From an uncultured Methanosarcinales archaeon (lineage in GTDB: Archaea > Nanobdellota > Nanobdellia > Woesearchaeales > CAYMBN01): DNA of 32,293 nt. The first letter of the stretch is position 1; each line of letters opens with the position of its first letter. Under the pieces are notes generated by a model. The model had not been told where the DNA came from and ran no database searches. It saw nothing but the letters and a program-made list of their open reading frames with translations. Both the position numbers and the translations under genes were made by a program. The stretch is from contig CAYMBN010000013.1 of assembly GCA_964388715.1 (NCBI GenBank), forward strand, positions 1-32,293, read 5' to 3'. This document shows, in pieces, positions 17,824 through 27,195 of the stretch.

Positions 17824-19010
17824 TGCAAGCCGTAATACTAGCAGCAGGAAAATCAACAAGAACATACCCTTTAACAGTTAACTATCCTAAAGCATTACTA
17901 AAAATAGCCAACAAAACAATTCTTGAACATAGTCTTGATGCTTTACAAGGACTTGTTGACGAAGTTATCCTTGTAGTAGGCTTCAAAAAAGAACTCATAA
18001 CACAAAAATTTGGTTCAAAATACAAAGATATCAAACTAACTTATGTTGAACAAAAAGAATTAAACGGACCTGGTGGTGCAATCCAATTATGTGAAAAACT
18101 TCTAAAAGATAAATTCCTTGTTATGAACGGAGATGACATTTATTCAAAAAAAGATATTGAAAAATGTATTCAACACAAGTACTGTGTCATGTCACAAAAG
18201 ATTGATCATCCTGAAAGATGGGGAATATTTGAAGTTAAAGATAATAAAGTTATTTCATTTGAAGAAAAACCTAAACATTCAAAATCAAATCTTGGCAATA
18301 TTGGGGTTTATGTTTTTAACAAAAAAGTTTTTGAACATAAACTAGAAAAAACATCAAGAAATGAATATGAAATAACTGATTACATCACTTTCCTAATCAA
18401 AAAAGGAGAAGATGTTTATTGTGAACAAGTTTCAGATTATTGGCTTCCTGTTGGATATCCTTGGCACATTCTTGAAGCAAACGAATTCATGCTAAAAAGA
18501 ATAAAAAAATCTGATATAAAAGGCACAGTTGAACAAGGAGCAACAATAAAAGGTGTTGTTGTTATAGGTGAAGGCACTCTTATAAGAAGCGGAACCTATA
18601 TTAAAGGTCCTGTCATGATTGGAAAAAACTGTGTAATTGGTCCAAACTGTTACATCAGACCTTACACAACAATCGCAGACAATTGTAAAATCGGTAATGC
18701 ATCAGAAGTCAAAAACTCAGTCTGCTATGAAAACACAGGCATTAGCCATCTATGTTATGTAGGTGATTCTGTTATAGGTATGAACACAAACCTTGGCGGT
18801 GGTACAATCACTGCAAACCTACGCCATGATAATGCAAATGTCAAAACATTAGTTAAAGATGAACTAGTTGACTCAGGAAGAAGAAAGTTTGGCACAGTTA
18901 TTGGAGAAAACGTTCACACAGGAATCCATACTTCTATTTACCCTGGCAGGAAAATCTGGCCAGACAAATCTACTCTTCCAGGCGAAGCAGTAAAAAAAGA
19001 TATAAAATAA
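17823..19010 (+). CDS. glmU: Bifunctional sugar-1-phosphate nucleotidyltransferase/acetyltransferase (archaeal GlmU)
   Basis: LAAGKSTR.YPLT...PK, NGD, hexapeptide repeats, HL.YVGDS, GTITANLRHD, GRRKFG. Confidence 0.92.
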   Translation: MQAVILAAGKSTRTYPLTVNYPKALLKIANKTILEHSLDALQGLVDEVILVVGFKKELITQKFGSKYKDIKLTYVEQKELNGPGGAIQLCEKLLKDKFLVMNGDDIYSKKDIEKCIQHKYCVMSQKIDHPERWGIFEVKDNKVISFEEKPKHSKSNLGNIGVYVFNKKVFEHKLEKTSRNEYEITDYITFLIKKGEDVYCEQVSDYWLPVGYPWHILEANEFMLKRIKKSDIKGTVEQGATIKGVVVIGEGTLIRSGTYIKGPVMIGKNCVIGPNCYIRPYTTIADNCKIGNASEVKNSVCYENTGISHLCYVGDSVIGMNTNLGGGTITANLRHDNANVKTLVKDELVDSGRRKFGTVIGENVHTGIHTSIYPGRKIWPDKSTLPGEAVKKDIK

Positions 19011-19238
19011 TTACCTAGCCACTATCATAGTACTAGTTAACTTATTCCCTGGTATGGATCTTATTTGTTCTATAACAAACTTTTCCAATTCAGCAGGACT
19101 TTCTACTTGAACTTTCATAATAAGATCCCACTCACCAAAAATAAGATTAACATCTTTAATTTCAGGCAACTCACTTAACGCATCCAGAGCATTTCTTTCA
19201 GACCCTGGATTAAAACTTGCTAATATATATGCAAACAT
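19011..19238 (-). CDS. Stand-alone Lrp/AsnC ligand-binding (RAM) domain protein
   Basis: AYIL...GEWDL...IRSIPG...TST.I pattern. Start set at MFAY. Confidence 0.85.
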   Translation of the reverse strand: MFAYILASFNPGSERNALDALSELPEIKDVNLIFGEWDLIMKVQVESPAELEKFVIEQIRSIPGNKLTSTMIVAR

Positions 19239-19239
19239 T

Positions 19240-19857
19240 TTATTGCACCTCCGATAATGGTTTTCTTTTAATAAAATCAGGAACATCTATTTCCCTACTA
19301 TCTCCTTGTAAGTATGGGCTAATATTAAAATTTGGATCAATTTCTTTCATATCCTTTAATGTTTGTTCAATTTGATCACTACCCTTTTTTATCCATTCTT
19401 CCCAAGACTCAATAGTAACTTTATTTTCTTTTGTATAAACTGAAATATCGTACCCATCAATTCCTTTCCAAGTTATTTTAAAGTTAAAAACTTCAAGTTC
19501 ATGTTCACAAGAGCCAGTTCCTAGTGTTTTATACATCTTTAGTAATTCTGTTATTTTTTGTTGTTCATCAACATATCTATCTGCAAAACATAAACGTATT
19601 CTTGGGTTTCCTTCATATATAGAGTCTTTCACCTTTACACCAAGACCACCTGCTATCTCAGGAAAATCATGTTCATCAATTAAATGTGTTAAAAAGTCAA
19701 GCTTAATTTTTTCAACATGATCAACTGGAATCCTATATGTAACTTCAAATTCATTTGCTAACCCAAAACTTTCTACTGCTTTTTCCAATGCTTCATACTT
19801 CATTGGATTACACTTTGATTTATGTTTCTGTTGTAATTCAGCCATTCTTACCCCCAC
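19240..19857 (-). CDS. Hypothetical protein
   Basis: About 200-aa ORF exactly filling the gap between trmI and the Lrp-domain gene. Confidence 0.7.
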   Translation of the reverse strand: MGVRMAELQQKHKSKCNPMKYEALEKAVESFGLANEFEVTYRIPVDHVEKIKLDFLTHLIDEHDFPEIAGGLGVKVKDSIYEGNPRIRLCFADRYVDEQQKITELLKMYKTLGTGSCEHELEVFNFKITWKGIDGYDISVYTKENKVTIESWEEWIKKGSDQIEQTLKDMKEIDPNFNISPYLQGDSREIDVPDFIKRKPLSEVQ

Positions 19858-20589
19858 TTAAATTTTCCTTACAAAACTTAAAAATCCAGTATGACCAAGC
19901 ATATCTGACCTTGGCCTAACCTTCCTCCCTTCTACTATCCACTCTCTCTTTAATATCTCTATGGTTTTTTCATATATAAATTCTTTGTTTTTTTCAATCT
20001 CTTTCACAAACTCCATCACTTGCGTTATACAAGGAGAATAACTTACAAGAAAACCACCTGGTTTAAGTGCTTTAGAAACAGAATTTAATGCTCTCCACGG
20101 TTCAGGAACATCCAAAGTAACCAAATCAACATTTTTTTCATCAATTTTCTTACAAACATCCTTATTTTTAACTTTAATATTCTTCAATCCTAAAAACTCA
20201 ATATTCTCATTAACCAATTTAGTAAAATCCTTTCTGATTTCATACGTAACAACTTCTTTAACAATATTAGCTAATGCTAAACACAATCCACCTGATCCTG
20301 CACCAGCATCAACAACTTTACTTTTCTTATTAACACCAGTCTCACTAATTATCATCCCAACATCTTTCCGCATTATAATCTGCGCACCACGCTTAATCCG
20401 TTTATATTGATCAATAAAACTCGGTTCAAGAATACTAAACTCTTTCCCTGTATTAGTCTTAACCTTTCCCTTCTTTTTCTTAAGATCCTTTTTCTTAATA
20501 AAGCCGAACTGTGTATGGTAATCTTTAGAAGTATCTTTAACAACAAGTGTTTTTTCTTTACTAACCAAGACCTTTTTAATTGGTTTCAT
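19858..20589 (-). CDS. trmI: tRNA (adenine-57/58-N1)-methyltransferase
   Basis: HTQFG, RGAQII..KD, DAGAGSG, LD.PEPW, YSPC..Q, RP...M.GHTGFL. GGAG RBS before the ATG at 20589. Confidence 0.93.
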   Translation of the reverse strand: MKPIKKVLVSKEKTLVVKDTSKDYHTQFGFIKKKDLKKKKGKVKTNTGKEFSILEPSFIDQYKRIKRGAQIIMRKDVGMIISETGVNKKSKVVDAGAGSGGLCLALANIVKEVVTYEIRKDFTKLVNENIEFLGLKNIKVKNKDVCKKIDEKNVDLVTLDVPEPWRALNSVSKALKPGGFLVSYSPCITQVMEFVKEIEKNKEFIYEKTIEILKREWIVEGRKVRPRSDMLGHTGFLSFVRKI

Positions 20590-20672
20590 ATAATCTCCAA
20601 TACAATCAGTCATATAAAAACCTTTTTATTTTACCAAAAGGTTTATATTATAATAAATTATATTTATTTAAA

Positions 20673-20933
20673 ATGAGAAAAAAGAGGAAAAATAAAGTAA
20701 AAAGAATTTATTACAAATTCACAGACACTCCAAAAAGATCTCTTGTAAAATCAATCACATGGAGAATCATTGGAATTATTATTCTCGGATTAATCAGTTG
20801 GTACATCACAAAAGACTTAGAAACAGCAACAATAGTGACAGTTGTCTTCCACTTAATCAGATTCATTCTATATTACTTCCATGAACGTATCTGGGAAAGA
20901 ATCAATTGGGGCCAAGAAAAAGAAAAACTCTAA
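20673..20933 (+). CDS. DUF2061 membrane protein
   Basis: RSLVKSITWR and YYFHERIW motifs. Confidence 0.85.
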   Translation: MRKKRKNKVKRIYYKFTDTPKRSLVKSITWRIIGIIILGLISWYITKDLETATIVTVVFHLIRFILYYFHERIWERINWGQEKEKL

Positions 20934-21599
20934 TCATTTCTCATAATACTCAACACTCATATCATTCTTAAGAATATCATATGCTCTTGTCACATGTTTA
21001 TCATCTAAGATTAGCGTAATCTCTGTTTCAGTATTAACAAGATCAATAATATTAACATTCTCAAGAGCTAATGCTCTTGTTATTGCAAAGAAAAACCCAG
21101 GTCTATTAACACATTTCTTAGGAATCTTCATTGACAAAGATGAAATCTTATCCTGAACTTTTTTCACTTTTTCTCCTTTCAAAATCTTCAAAAATCTTTT
21201 CCTATACTTAACATTGCCAATAATCAAAACCTCATAATTACCTTCAATAATATTAAGTGTATCACCTTCACTAAAACTCACAATATCATACAATTTCATC
21301 AATTTCTTAAAAATTCTTTGTGACTTAAACGCAGAAATTTCAAACAAATTAGATTTAACAAGCAAATCAGACTTTGCACTTAACCTAACTCTCTGATAAA
21401 ACTCTTTTTTACTTTTTTCCAAATACCTTCTGATCGCCATAGAAATTGCAGAAGTCTTTACCTTTCCCATTTCTTTCTCAATCTGCGGCTGAATCATCTC
21501 AGCCAAAGCACCAATGTTAATTAAATCTTTAACCAATGCTTCATGCACAAAAGGTTTCTCCTGTAATATCTTTTTCGTTAAATGCGCAACAGTAACCAT
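20934..21599 (-). CDS. Archaeal ACT-domain protein with N-terminal helical (HTH-like) domain
   Basis: LIN..ALA..I...AI.MAIRRY N-domain. C-terminal ACT pattern PG......L...NVNII...NT.TE. Confidence 0.8.
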   Translation of the reverse strand: MVTVAHLTKKILQEKPFVHEALVKDLINIGALAEMIQPQIEKEMGKVKTSAISMAIRRYLEKSKKEFYQRVRLSAKSDLLVKSNLFEISAFKSQRIFKKLMKLYDIVSFSEGDTLNIIEGNYEVLIIGNVKYRKRFLKILKGEKVKKVQDKISSLSMKIPKKCVNRPGFFFAITRALALENVNIIDLVNTETEITLILDDKHVTRAYDILKNDMSVEYYEK

Positions 21600-21678
21600 A
21601 ACATTTTCACCCTAATTTTGTTAATATTTTAACATCAAGTTAATATATTATATAAAGTTTTCCTTTATTATTAAACAA

Positions 21679-21984
21679 ATGGAGTGTGAGAAAATGCCGG
21701 AATTATATTTTAAACCAGGAGTAGATTACAACAATATTGCAGGACAATTAGGTGTTAGTGTCCGAGATTTCTCAACTTATCTAGATTTACATGTTAGATT
21801 AAGTGGGGACAGTAAAAGTCGTAATGCCGAAATAATTAATTTTAGTTTTAGTGGAGAAGACTTTGCAACTTACCAACGTGTAAAAGGACAAATTAATAGT
21901 GATGATTTAAGAGAGTTAGTTATGGGTTGTTTTGTAGAACAAGAATATTCTCCAGTAGAACGTGAAATTGAAACTTTACACTAA
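21679..21984 (+). CDS. Hypothetical protein
   Basis: 101-aa ORF with upstream TATA and downstream T-tracts. Confidence 0.6.
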   Translation: MECEKMPELYFKPGVDYNNIAGQLGVSVRDFSTYLDLHVRLSGDSKSRNAEIINFSFSGEDFATYQRVKGQINSDDLRELVMGCFVEQEYSPVEREIETLH

Positions 21985-22022
21985 TTAAAAAATTATTTTT
22001 ACTTTTTTTTTAAAAATAAAAA

Positions 22023-22523
22023 TTAATGAACAGTATTAGGTCCATAACTATTCAAAAATATTCTGTATAATCCCATTCCTGCTTCCGTATTTGGGTTACT
22101 TAATCTAGCTAATCTATGTTGATCATATGTTTCCTCAACTTTCCGCACATCACAATCATCAATATATGATACCAATCCTTCAACAGCATCAACATCAAAA
22201 TCAGCTGTTAAAAACTCTGTTCCTGAATTAACTCCATTATTCAAAAGCACTTGACCCAACTCAACAGGTCTAACTCCTCCATTATTAAAACTACATCTCA
22301 CATAAGTATCCTTTCTTGGTCTTTTTACAGATGATAATGGTGATCCTTCTAGTGTAGCATAAGCTGCTGCAGCTTCAACACTTTCTACTGTTCCTCCCAT
22401 TGCCCTTACAACAGTCTCAACTGTTTCAAGATAATCAGGATCAACTCCTTTTAAGTGCACGTAAAGCTCTTGAACAGCCTTACCATCATCTCTTGGTCCT
22501 TTTTGAACAAATGAATTTTCCAT
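22023..22523 (-). CDS. Hypothetical protein
   Basis: GGAGG RBS precedes the ATG at 22523 (MENSFVQKG...). Confidence 0.7.
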   Translation of the reverse strand: MENSFVQKGPRDDGKAVQELYVHLKGVDPDYLETVETVVRAMGGTVESVEAAAAYATLEGSPLSSVKRPRKDTYVRCSFNNGGVRPVELGQVLLNNGVNSGTEFLTADFDVDAVEGLVSYIDDCDVRKVEETYDQHRLARLSNPNTEAGMGLYRIFLNSYGPNTVH

Positions 22524-22569
22524 TTTTACTCTCCTCCATATCATTTATTTATTAATCACAAACACTTTG

Positions 22570-22615
22570 AAAAAAAACCCGCAGCCCAGAGCACTTGTCA
22601 GGCACTCATGACCTA
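22570..22615 (-). terminator. GC-rich structured segment followed by T8 tract (candidate terminator/attenuator)
   Basis: Minus strand reads AGGTCATGAGTGCCTGACAAGTGCTCTGGGCTGCGGG-TTTTTTTT. Confidence 0.5.
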
Positions 22616-22622
22616 AGAAATC

Positions 22623-22688
22623 TTAAATAATAATGATAATAATTCCTACTATCAGAATACTTATTATTTTTTTAGTGAATCTTACCAT
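22623..22688 (-). CDS. Putative 21-aa hydrophobic micro-peptide MVRFTKKIISILIVGIIIIII
   Basis: Manual translation. BRE/TATA AAAAGGTTTATATATAA lies about 25 nt upstream of the ATG. Confidence 0.5.
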   Translation of the reverse strand: MVRFTKKIISILIVGIIIIII

Positions 22689-22769
22689 GTTGAAAAATAA
22701 AAATCTAACTTTATATATAAACCTTTTGATTTCAAAACCTTTAAATAATACAATCAATTAATTTTTTAC

Positions 22770-23189
22770 ATGAAAAAACCATTAGTACTAATTGTTTCTG
22801 CTTGCATTCTTTATTCAGGTTCAGCTCATGCTATAGAATACAAACCAACACGCCAACATAAAAAAGTAATCTACAATCCTTTCACACAAGAAACTGATAT
22901 TGAAAAATTAAAAGAATTCTACATTAAAGTTTACGGAGAAGAACCAAGATACATTGACATTGTTTTCAGAGACTTTGACATCAAAGCACTACTTCAATTA
23001 AGACCATCTGCACTATACTCTCCTTGTCCTATCTCACCATTAGCACAAACAGTAAACACAACTTCTTACCAAACACAAGAAGCAACAAGAATAAAAAAAC
23101 AACTTGAACACAACCCAGAAACAAGAATTGAAAAATTGATAAAGAAGTATCAAAAATTTATCAGAAAAATAAGAATAAATCTTCTATAA
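22770..23189 (+). CDS. Hypothetical secreted protein
   Basis: Signal peptide MKKPLVLIVSACILYSGSAHA. AAAACCTTTAAATA promoter upstream. Confidence 0.7.
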   Translation: MKKPLVLIVSACILYSGSAHAIEYKPTRQHKKVIYNPFTQETDIEKLKEFYIKVYGEEPRYIDIVFRDFDIKALLQLRPSALYSPCPISPLAQTVNTTSYQTQEATRIKKQLEHNPETRIEKLIKKYQKFIRKIRINLL

Positions 23190-23244
23190 TATATAATCAC
23201 AAACATAAATGTTTAAATAATAGTTTAACCAACTATTTTTAGTT

Positions 23245-24669
23245 ATGAGTGAAGACAATATAGAAACTACCATCAATGAACTATGTGAAAAATGGGGTGT
23301 AGATGCTGTTAGAGATAGATTAGCCCATATACTTTCTGATGACACAGAATTCTTCGGAAGATTATTAGAAAACAAACTTTTAAGATTCCAAGGATACACT
23401 GAAAGAAATAGATTATTGCCAGGTAAAAGATATCTTAAAATTGATGCCTTGTTAAGATTATTAGATGTAAACAAAATAATACAAGTTGGTCCTGCACTCT
23501 GTTGCATGACTTTTGCAGATGGTAAAAAACTTCCAGAAGACCTTAATTTTTACTTTAATAACTTTGACGAGAAATTTCCAGAATTCCAAGAACAACTCGG
23601 ACATCCTTACATCACAGCAGAATTTCAACCAATGAAAAACTGGACAAAAGATGATAGAGAAATTTATGTTCTAAACCAAGAACATTATGATTTTGTAAGA
23701 CAACAAAACATTGGAGTTCACATGCCTATAACTGGTAATCCTCATGATATTTTTGCAGCAATGCACTTTGCTCATGAAATCAATGCAGACTACTTTGTAA
23801 TTCACTTAACACCTGATTTAAAAAGATATCCTAATGATTATGAATTAATGCAAAAAAATCCTTGGTATTTTAGAGAAAAATTTATAGAGCATTGGATGAA
23901 AGAATTCCAAAACATAGCTCGCTTTTACAATGAAAACAATTTTAATTTTGTTCCTTGCATTGAAAACTTAGAATTCCCAAAATTTCCTTGTACACCAAAA
24001 GAAGTTGAAGTTGCTTTTTATGAATGTAAAAAATACCTACCAAATCTTCAAATCTTATGTGACATAGCACACTTTTGGAGAAGTCAATCCTTGATACAAG
24101 AATTCTTCTGGAAACATGCACAAGGTGATTCTTCAAAGCTTCCACATTACCCCGTATATATGGCAAATGAACTTGAAAAAATACAAGAACCATTCCATGA
24201 CTTCTTTGACCATGCAATCTATGATCACAATGCTTTAAAATTTAATATTCATGTATTTCATCTTGCAGGTTGTGATGGTTATCATACTCATCTTATCCCA
24301 GGACTTAGAAATGATGAGAATCCTGATGAAAAAAAGGTTATTAACATTCGCAGAGGATATGATGAATCAAGAGAAATGAACTTTGAGAGAATGTTAAAAT
24401 GCTTTTCTTGTTATGTATTAGACACAGGAGTAAGAACAGATGAACATAATAACCTAATATTTGGTGATGGAACAATGAGAAAATCAAAAATCATACTTGA
24501 ATGTTACACAAATCCATTCCAACCTCATGTAAATGGTGTTGCTTTCGAACATATCTTAAATGGTGCTAAATCTGTAAGGGACTATATTTTACAATACATG
24601 GGTAAACAACAAATGAAATCTTTACTAAGATGCCATGTAGAAAACGCAATAAGAAAACCAAATACTTAA
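23245..24669 (+). CDS. Xylose-isomerase/AP-endonuclease-2-like TIM-barrel metalloprotein
   Basis: Ordered motifs GVHMP, VIH, CIEN, LCDIAH, VFHLAG...H, IILE. Confidence 0.65.
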   Translation: MSEDNIETTINELCEKWGVDAVRDRLAHILSDDTEFFGRLLENKLLRFQGYTERNRLLPGKRYLKIDALLRLLDVNKIIQVGPALCCMTFADGKKLPEDLNFYFNNFDEKFPEFQEQLGHPYITAEFQPMKNWTKDDREIYVLNQEHYDFVRQQNIGVHMPITGNPHDIFAAMHFAHEINADYFVIHLTPDLKRYPNDYELMQKNPWYFREKFIEHWMKEFQNIARFYNENNFNFVPCIENLEFPKFPCTPKEVEVAFYECKKYLPNLQILCDIAHFWRSQSLIQEFFWKHAQGDSSKLPHYPVYMANELEKIQEPFHDFFDHAIYDHNALKFNIHVFHLAGCDGYHTHLIPGLRNDENPDEKKVINIRRGYDESREMNFERMLKCFSCYVLDTGVRTDEHNNLIFGDGTMRKSKIILECYTNPFQPHVNGVAFEHILNGAKSVRDYILQYMGKQQMKSLLRCHVENAIRKPNT

Positions 24670-25283
24670 TTCTTCTCTTTAATCTCACTAGCATACCTAT
24701 GTGCTAGATGCAATGGCTCAGGTAATTTATGAGGGACTTTAACAAGTGATTTTACTAACTCAACAGACTTTTGTAAACTTATTCTGTGGCCCAAACTTAT
24801 AATCAACGGCCTTCCATGTTCTTTTGTTTGAATCAAATTAGCTCTAACTTCTTTATCAACAATAATTGCACCATCTCTCATCTCACCGCACAACTGTTTT
24901 TTTGCAATACCAATTGTAGGAGTATCTGTAAGAATTCCTAAATGAGATGCAAAACCAACTCTTCTTGGATGTAATATTCCATTCCCAGCAACAATCATTA
25001 CATCAGGTTTATTTTCAAGCTTGTTAAAAGCTTCAATTGAACTAGGCAATTCTCTAAAAGCAAGATAACCAGGAACATATTTCATAGGAACATCCATAAC
25101 ATGGTATGATTTCTCAATTACTTCTAAACTCTTTGCATCACACACAACAATCACAGAAAAAATCTTATCATTAGTAAAAGCTTGATCACAACCAGCAACA
25201 GTTTCTATTTTATCGAAATCATCACTACTTACAACCTTCTTCGCAATCTTAATTTGCTCCTCTTTTAGCTTTATAGTGTCCAT
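24666..25283 (-). CDS. nfi: Endonuclease V homolog (one catalytic Asp replaced by Ala)
   Basis: AGCD, YVPGYLAFRE, (D>A)GNGILHPRR.G.ASHLG, TIGIAK, PEPL..AH. Confidence 0.9.
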   Translation of the reverse strand: MDTIKLKEEQIKIAKKVVSSDDFDKIETVAGCDQAFTNDKIFSVIVVCDAKSLEVIEKSYHVMDVPMKYVPGYLAFRELPSSIEAFNKLENKPDVMIVAGNGILHPRRVGFASHLGILTDTPTIGIAKKQLCGEMRDGAIIVDKEVRANLIQTKEHGRPLIISLGHRISLQKSVELVKSLVKVPHKLPEPLHLAHRYASEIKEKN

Positions 25284-25413
25284 TTTTCAGCCTTTTTTAA
25301 ATAAGAAAACCAAACACTACTATATAAACCTTTCTGTTTTTGCTACTACAAAGTAAGTAAATAACTAATTCCAATAACAATTTTTTTAAATAAAGTTAAT
25401 TTTTTAGTTTAAA

Positions 25414-25737
25414 ATGGGAGATACAATTCATATTCAGAAAAGTAGCATGCCAAGTAATTTAAATATACCAACAAACCTAGTTAAAATACTTGCAGAATTA
25501 ATCACTCAATATACTCCAACAAAAATTGCTCTTAAACCAGATTATGAAGATGAAAGGCATGAGGAAATGGGATTTCCATTCAGATATGGAATAGAATGTC
25601 ATTTTGATCAAATAATTGATTTCAGTGTTCCACTTGAAAGACTAGAACAAGATCAAAATATATTAACAGACAATACTGATGGAAAAACAGTATACACTCT
25701 TACTTTCCACTATTTTCCTGAAATAAAAAAAGATTAA
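25414..25737 (+). CDS. Hypothetical protein
   Basis: 107-aa ORF with upstream TTTAAATA. Confidence 0.6.
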   Translation: MGDTIHIQKSSMPSNLNIPTNLVKILAELITQYTPTKIALKPDYEDERHEEMGFPFRYGIECHFDQIIDFSVPLERLEQDQNILTDNTDGKTVYTLTFHYFPEIKKD

Positions 25738-26093
25738 ACTCCTCGAATCCTTCTCAAGTAATCAATTGATGGAACACTTCTTCTTGGTCTTCTTCTGATA
25801 ACAGGTCTGTCTTCATCAACTTCTTCTTCCATCTTAGGAGTTCCTGTTGTAGTTACAACCACTTTCTTCTTTACAACTGGTTTTACTTTTCTAACTACAG
25901 GTGTTTCTGTTGTTTTCTTTCCCATAATATCATTATACAACTTAATCAATTCAACATTAATCATTTTTCCTGCTTCTTGCTTCATCATTAATTCAATCTT
26001 AGCAGAAAATTTGTAAGCATTTTCTTTACAATATTGTCTAAATGCTACTAAAGTATCTTTATCTACAGTTATAGAAAGCTTTGTTTTCGCCAT
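25734..26093 (-). CDS. Ribbon-helix-helix-like DNA-binding protein with low-complexity tail
   Basis: KTKLSITVD.D....F..YC......S.KIE RHH pattern. GAGGGTGAT RBS. Confidence 0.6.
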   Translation of the reverse strand: MAKTKLSITVDKDTLVAFRQYCKENAYKFSAKIELMMKQEAGKMINVELIKLYNDIMGKKTTETPVVRKVKPVVKKKVVVTTTGTPKMEEEVDEDRPVIRRRPRRSVPSIDYLRRIRGV

Positions 26094-26110
26094 GTTAATC
26101 ACCCTCTCTT

Positions 26111-26707
26111 TTAAATTTTTATTATTTTACCATAAGGACCAGGATTCAAAACTTTTGTCTTCCCGATCTTATCTTCTTTGCCACTATCTTCATGCAGATG
26201 ACCACAGATCGCAACATCAGGCTGAACAGTTTTAACAAAATTTCTTATTGTTTTGTTACCACAATGTTCTTCCATGATCATGTCAACCTTTGTTTTGTAA
26301 GGTGGCGCATGCGTTACAAGTACTATTTTGTTAAACTTCTTTATTAATCTTTTGAATTTTTTCGCTCTTTTTGCAAAATCTCGATCAACTAATGAAAATC
26401 CACCTCCACCATGTCCTAAAAAAATAACATCTTTGAAAATAAAACTTTTATTATGTATTGCATAAACATTCTTGAAAAGTGAAGCAGAATCCTTGATTTC
26501 TTTTTCAGATTCATGATTTCCTGGGATGATTACCATTGGCACTTTCAACTTACTTAATTTATGCATAATATAATCAATATCTCTACCAAATATAGTTATA
26601 TCTCCAGCACAAACCATCAAATCAGGATTATATTTTTTAACCTTCTCTTTAATCCTCTTAAGCGCTTTATCGCTTCCATGTATATCAACAAAAGCTAAGA
26701 TCCTCAT
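26111..26707 (-). CDS. Calcineurin-like metallophosphoesterase (Icc-related)
   Basis: DIH, GD, PGNHE, THAPP, CGHLHE, NPG motifs. Confidence 0.92.
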   Translation of the reverse strand: MRILAFVDIHGSDKALKRIKEKVKKYNPDLMVCAGDITIFGRDIDYIMHKLSKLKVPMVIIPGNHESEKEIKDSASLFKNVYAIHNKSFIFKDVIFLGHGGGGFSLVDRDFAKRAKKFKRLIKKFNKIVLVTHAPPYKTKVDMIMEEHCGNKTIRNFVKTVQPDVAICGHLHEDSGKEDKIGKTKVLNPGPYGKIIKI

Positions 26708-26762
26708 AATATAAAGAATATCGCAATAATATTTAAATATAGATGTTTTTGTTCAACAAAAT

Positions 26763-27152
26763 ATGTTACTTAATGACGCAAAAACCCTAGAGGAATTTAT
26801 GAAAGAATTTGACTGGAAACTAGATTATAAAATCCCAGAACAAATTGAAGAAAGACTTTCCTGGTATGATCCAACCAAAAACCCCTTAATATTCAAAAAA
26901 AGATCAAATCAATACACTTTTGAAGGCATATTAGTAATTACAGAAAATTATGGGATCTACTCTGTAGGTTGTTGTATTTATGATTATAATTCTTTTAAAA
27001 TCATGGAAAATATGTTCTTCAAAGACCTTTCTTTCTTTTGGTTTAAAAGAAAAACCAGAATGATAATCCATTCTGAATCAGAAATGTACCTTAGTGGTCT
27101 AGGCGATGAAGAAAATCTAAAAAAAATAGAAAAATACCGTATTCGACAGTAA
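26763..27152 (+). CDS. Hypothetical protein
   Basis: 129-aa ORF with upstream TTTAAATA. Confidence 0.6.
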   Translation: MLLNDAKTLEEFMKEFDWKLDYKIPEQIEERLSWYDPTKNPLIFKKRSNQYTFEGILVITENYGIYSVGCCIYDYNSFKIMENMFFKDLSFFWFKRKTRMIIHSESEMYLSGLGDEENLKKIEKYRIRQ

Positions 27153-27195
27153 GGTTTATATACTATGGAATATTCTTTAGACTGTTCTCAAAAAG

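Noticed and set aside
13440..18345. Short antisense or alternate-frame ORFs within the glm operon (also 504-710, 1922-2956, 4722-4983, 20407-20676, 23184-24217, 29498-29773, 31194-32216)
   Set aside because: They overlap well-supported genes and have no motifs or promoters.
22601..22613. GGTCATGAGTGCC (minus strand) resembles, from memory, the 5' end of a SAM-IV riboswitch
   Set aside because: The downstream core (GGCAACC, P3, and the 3' strand of P1) is missing and the segment is too short. A cmscan against Rfam would settle it.
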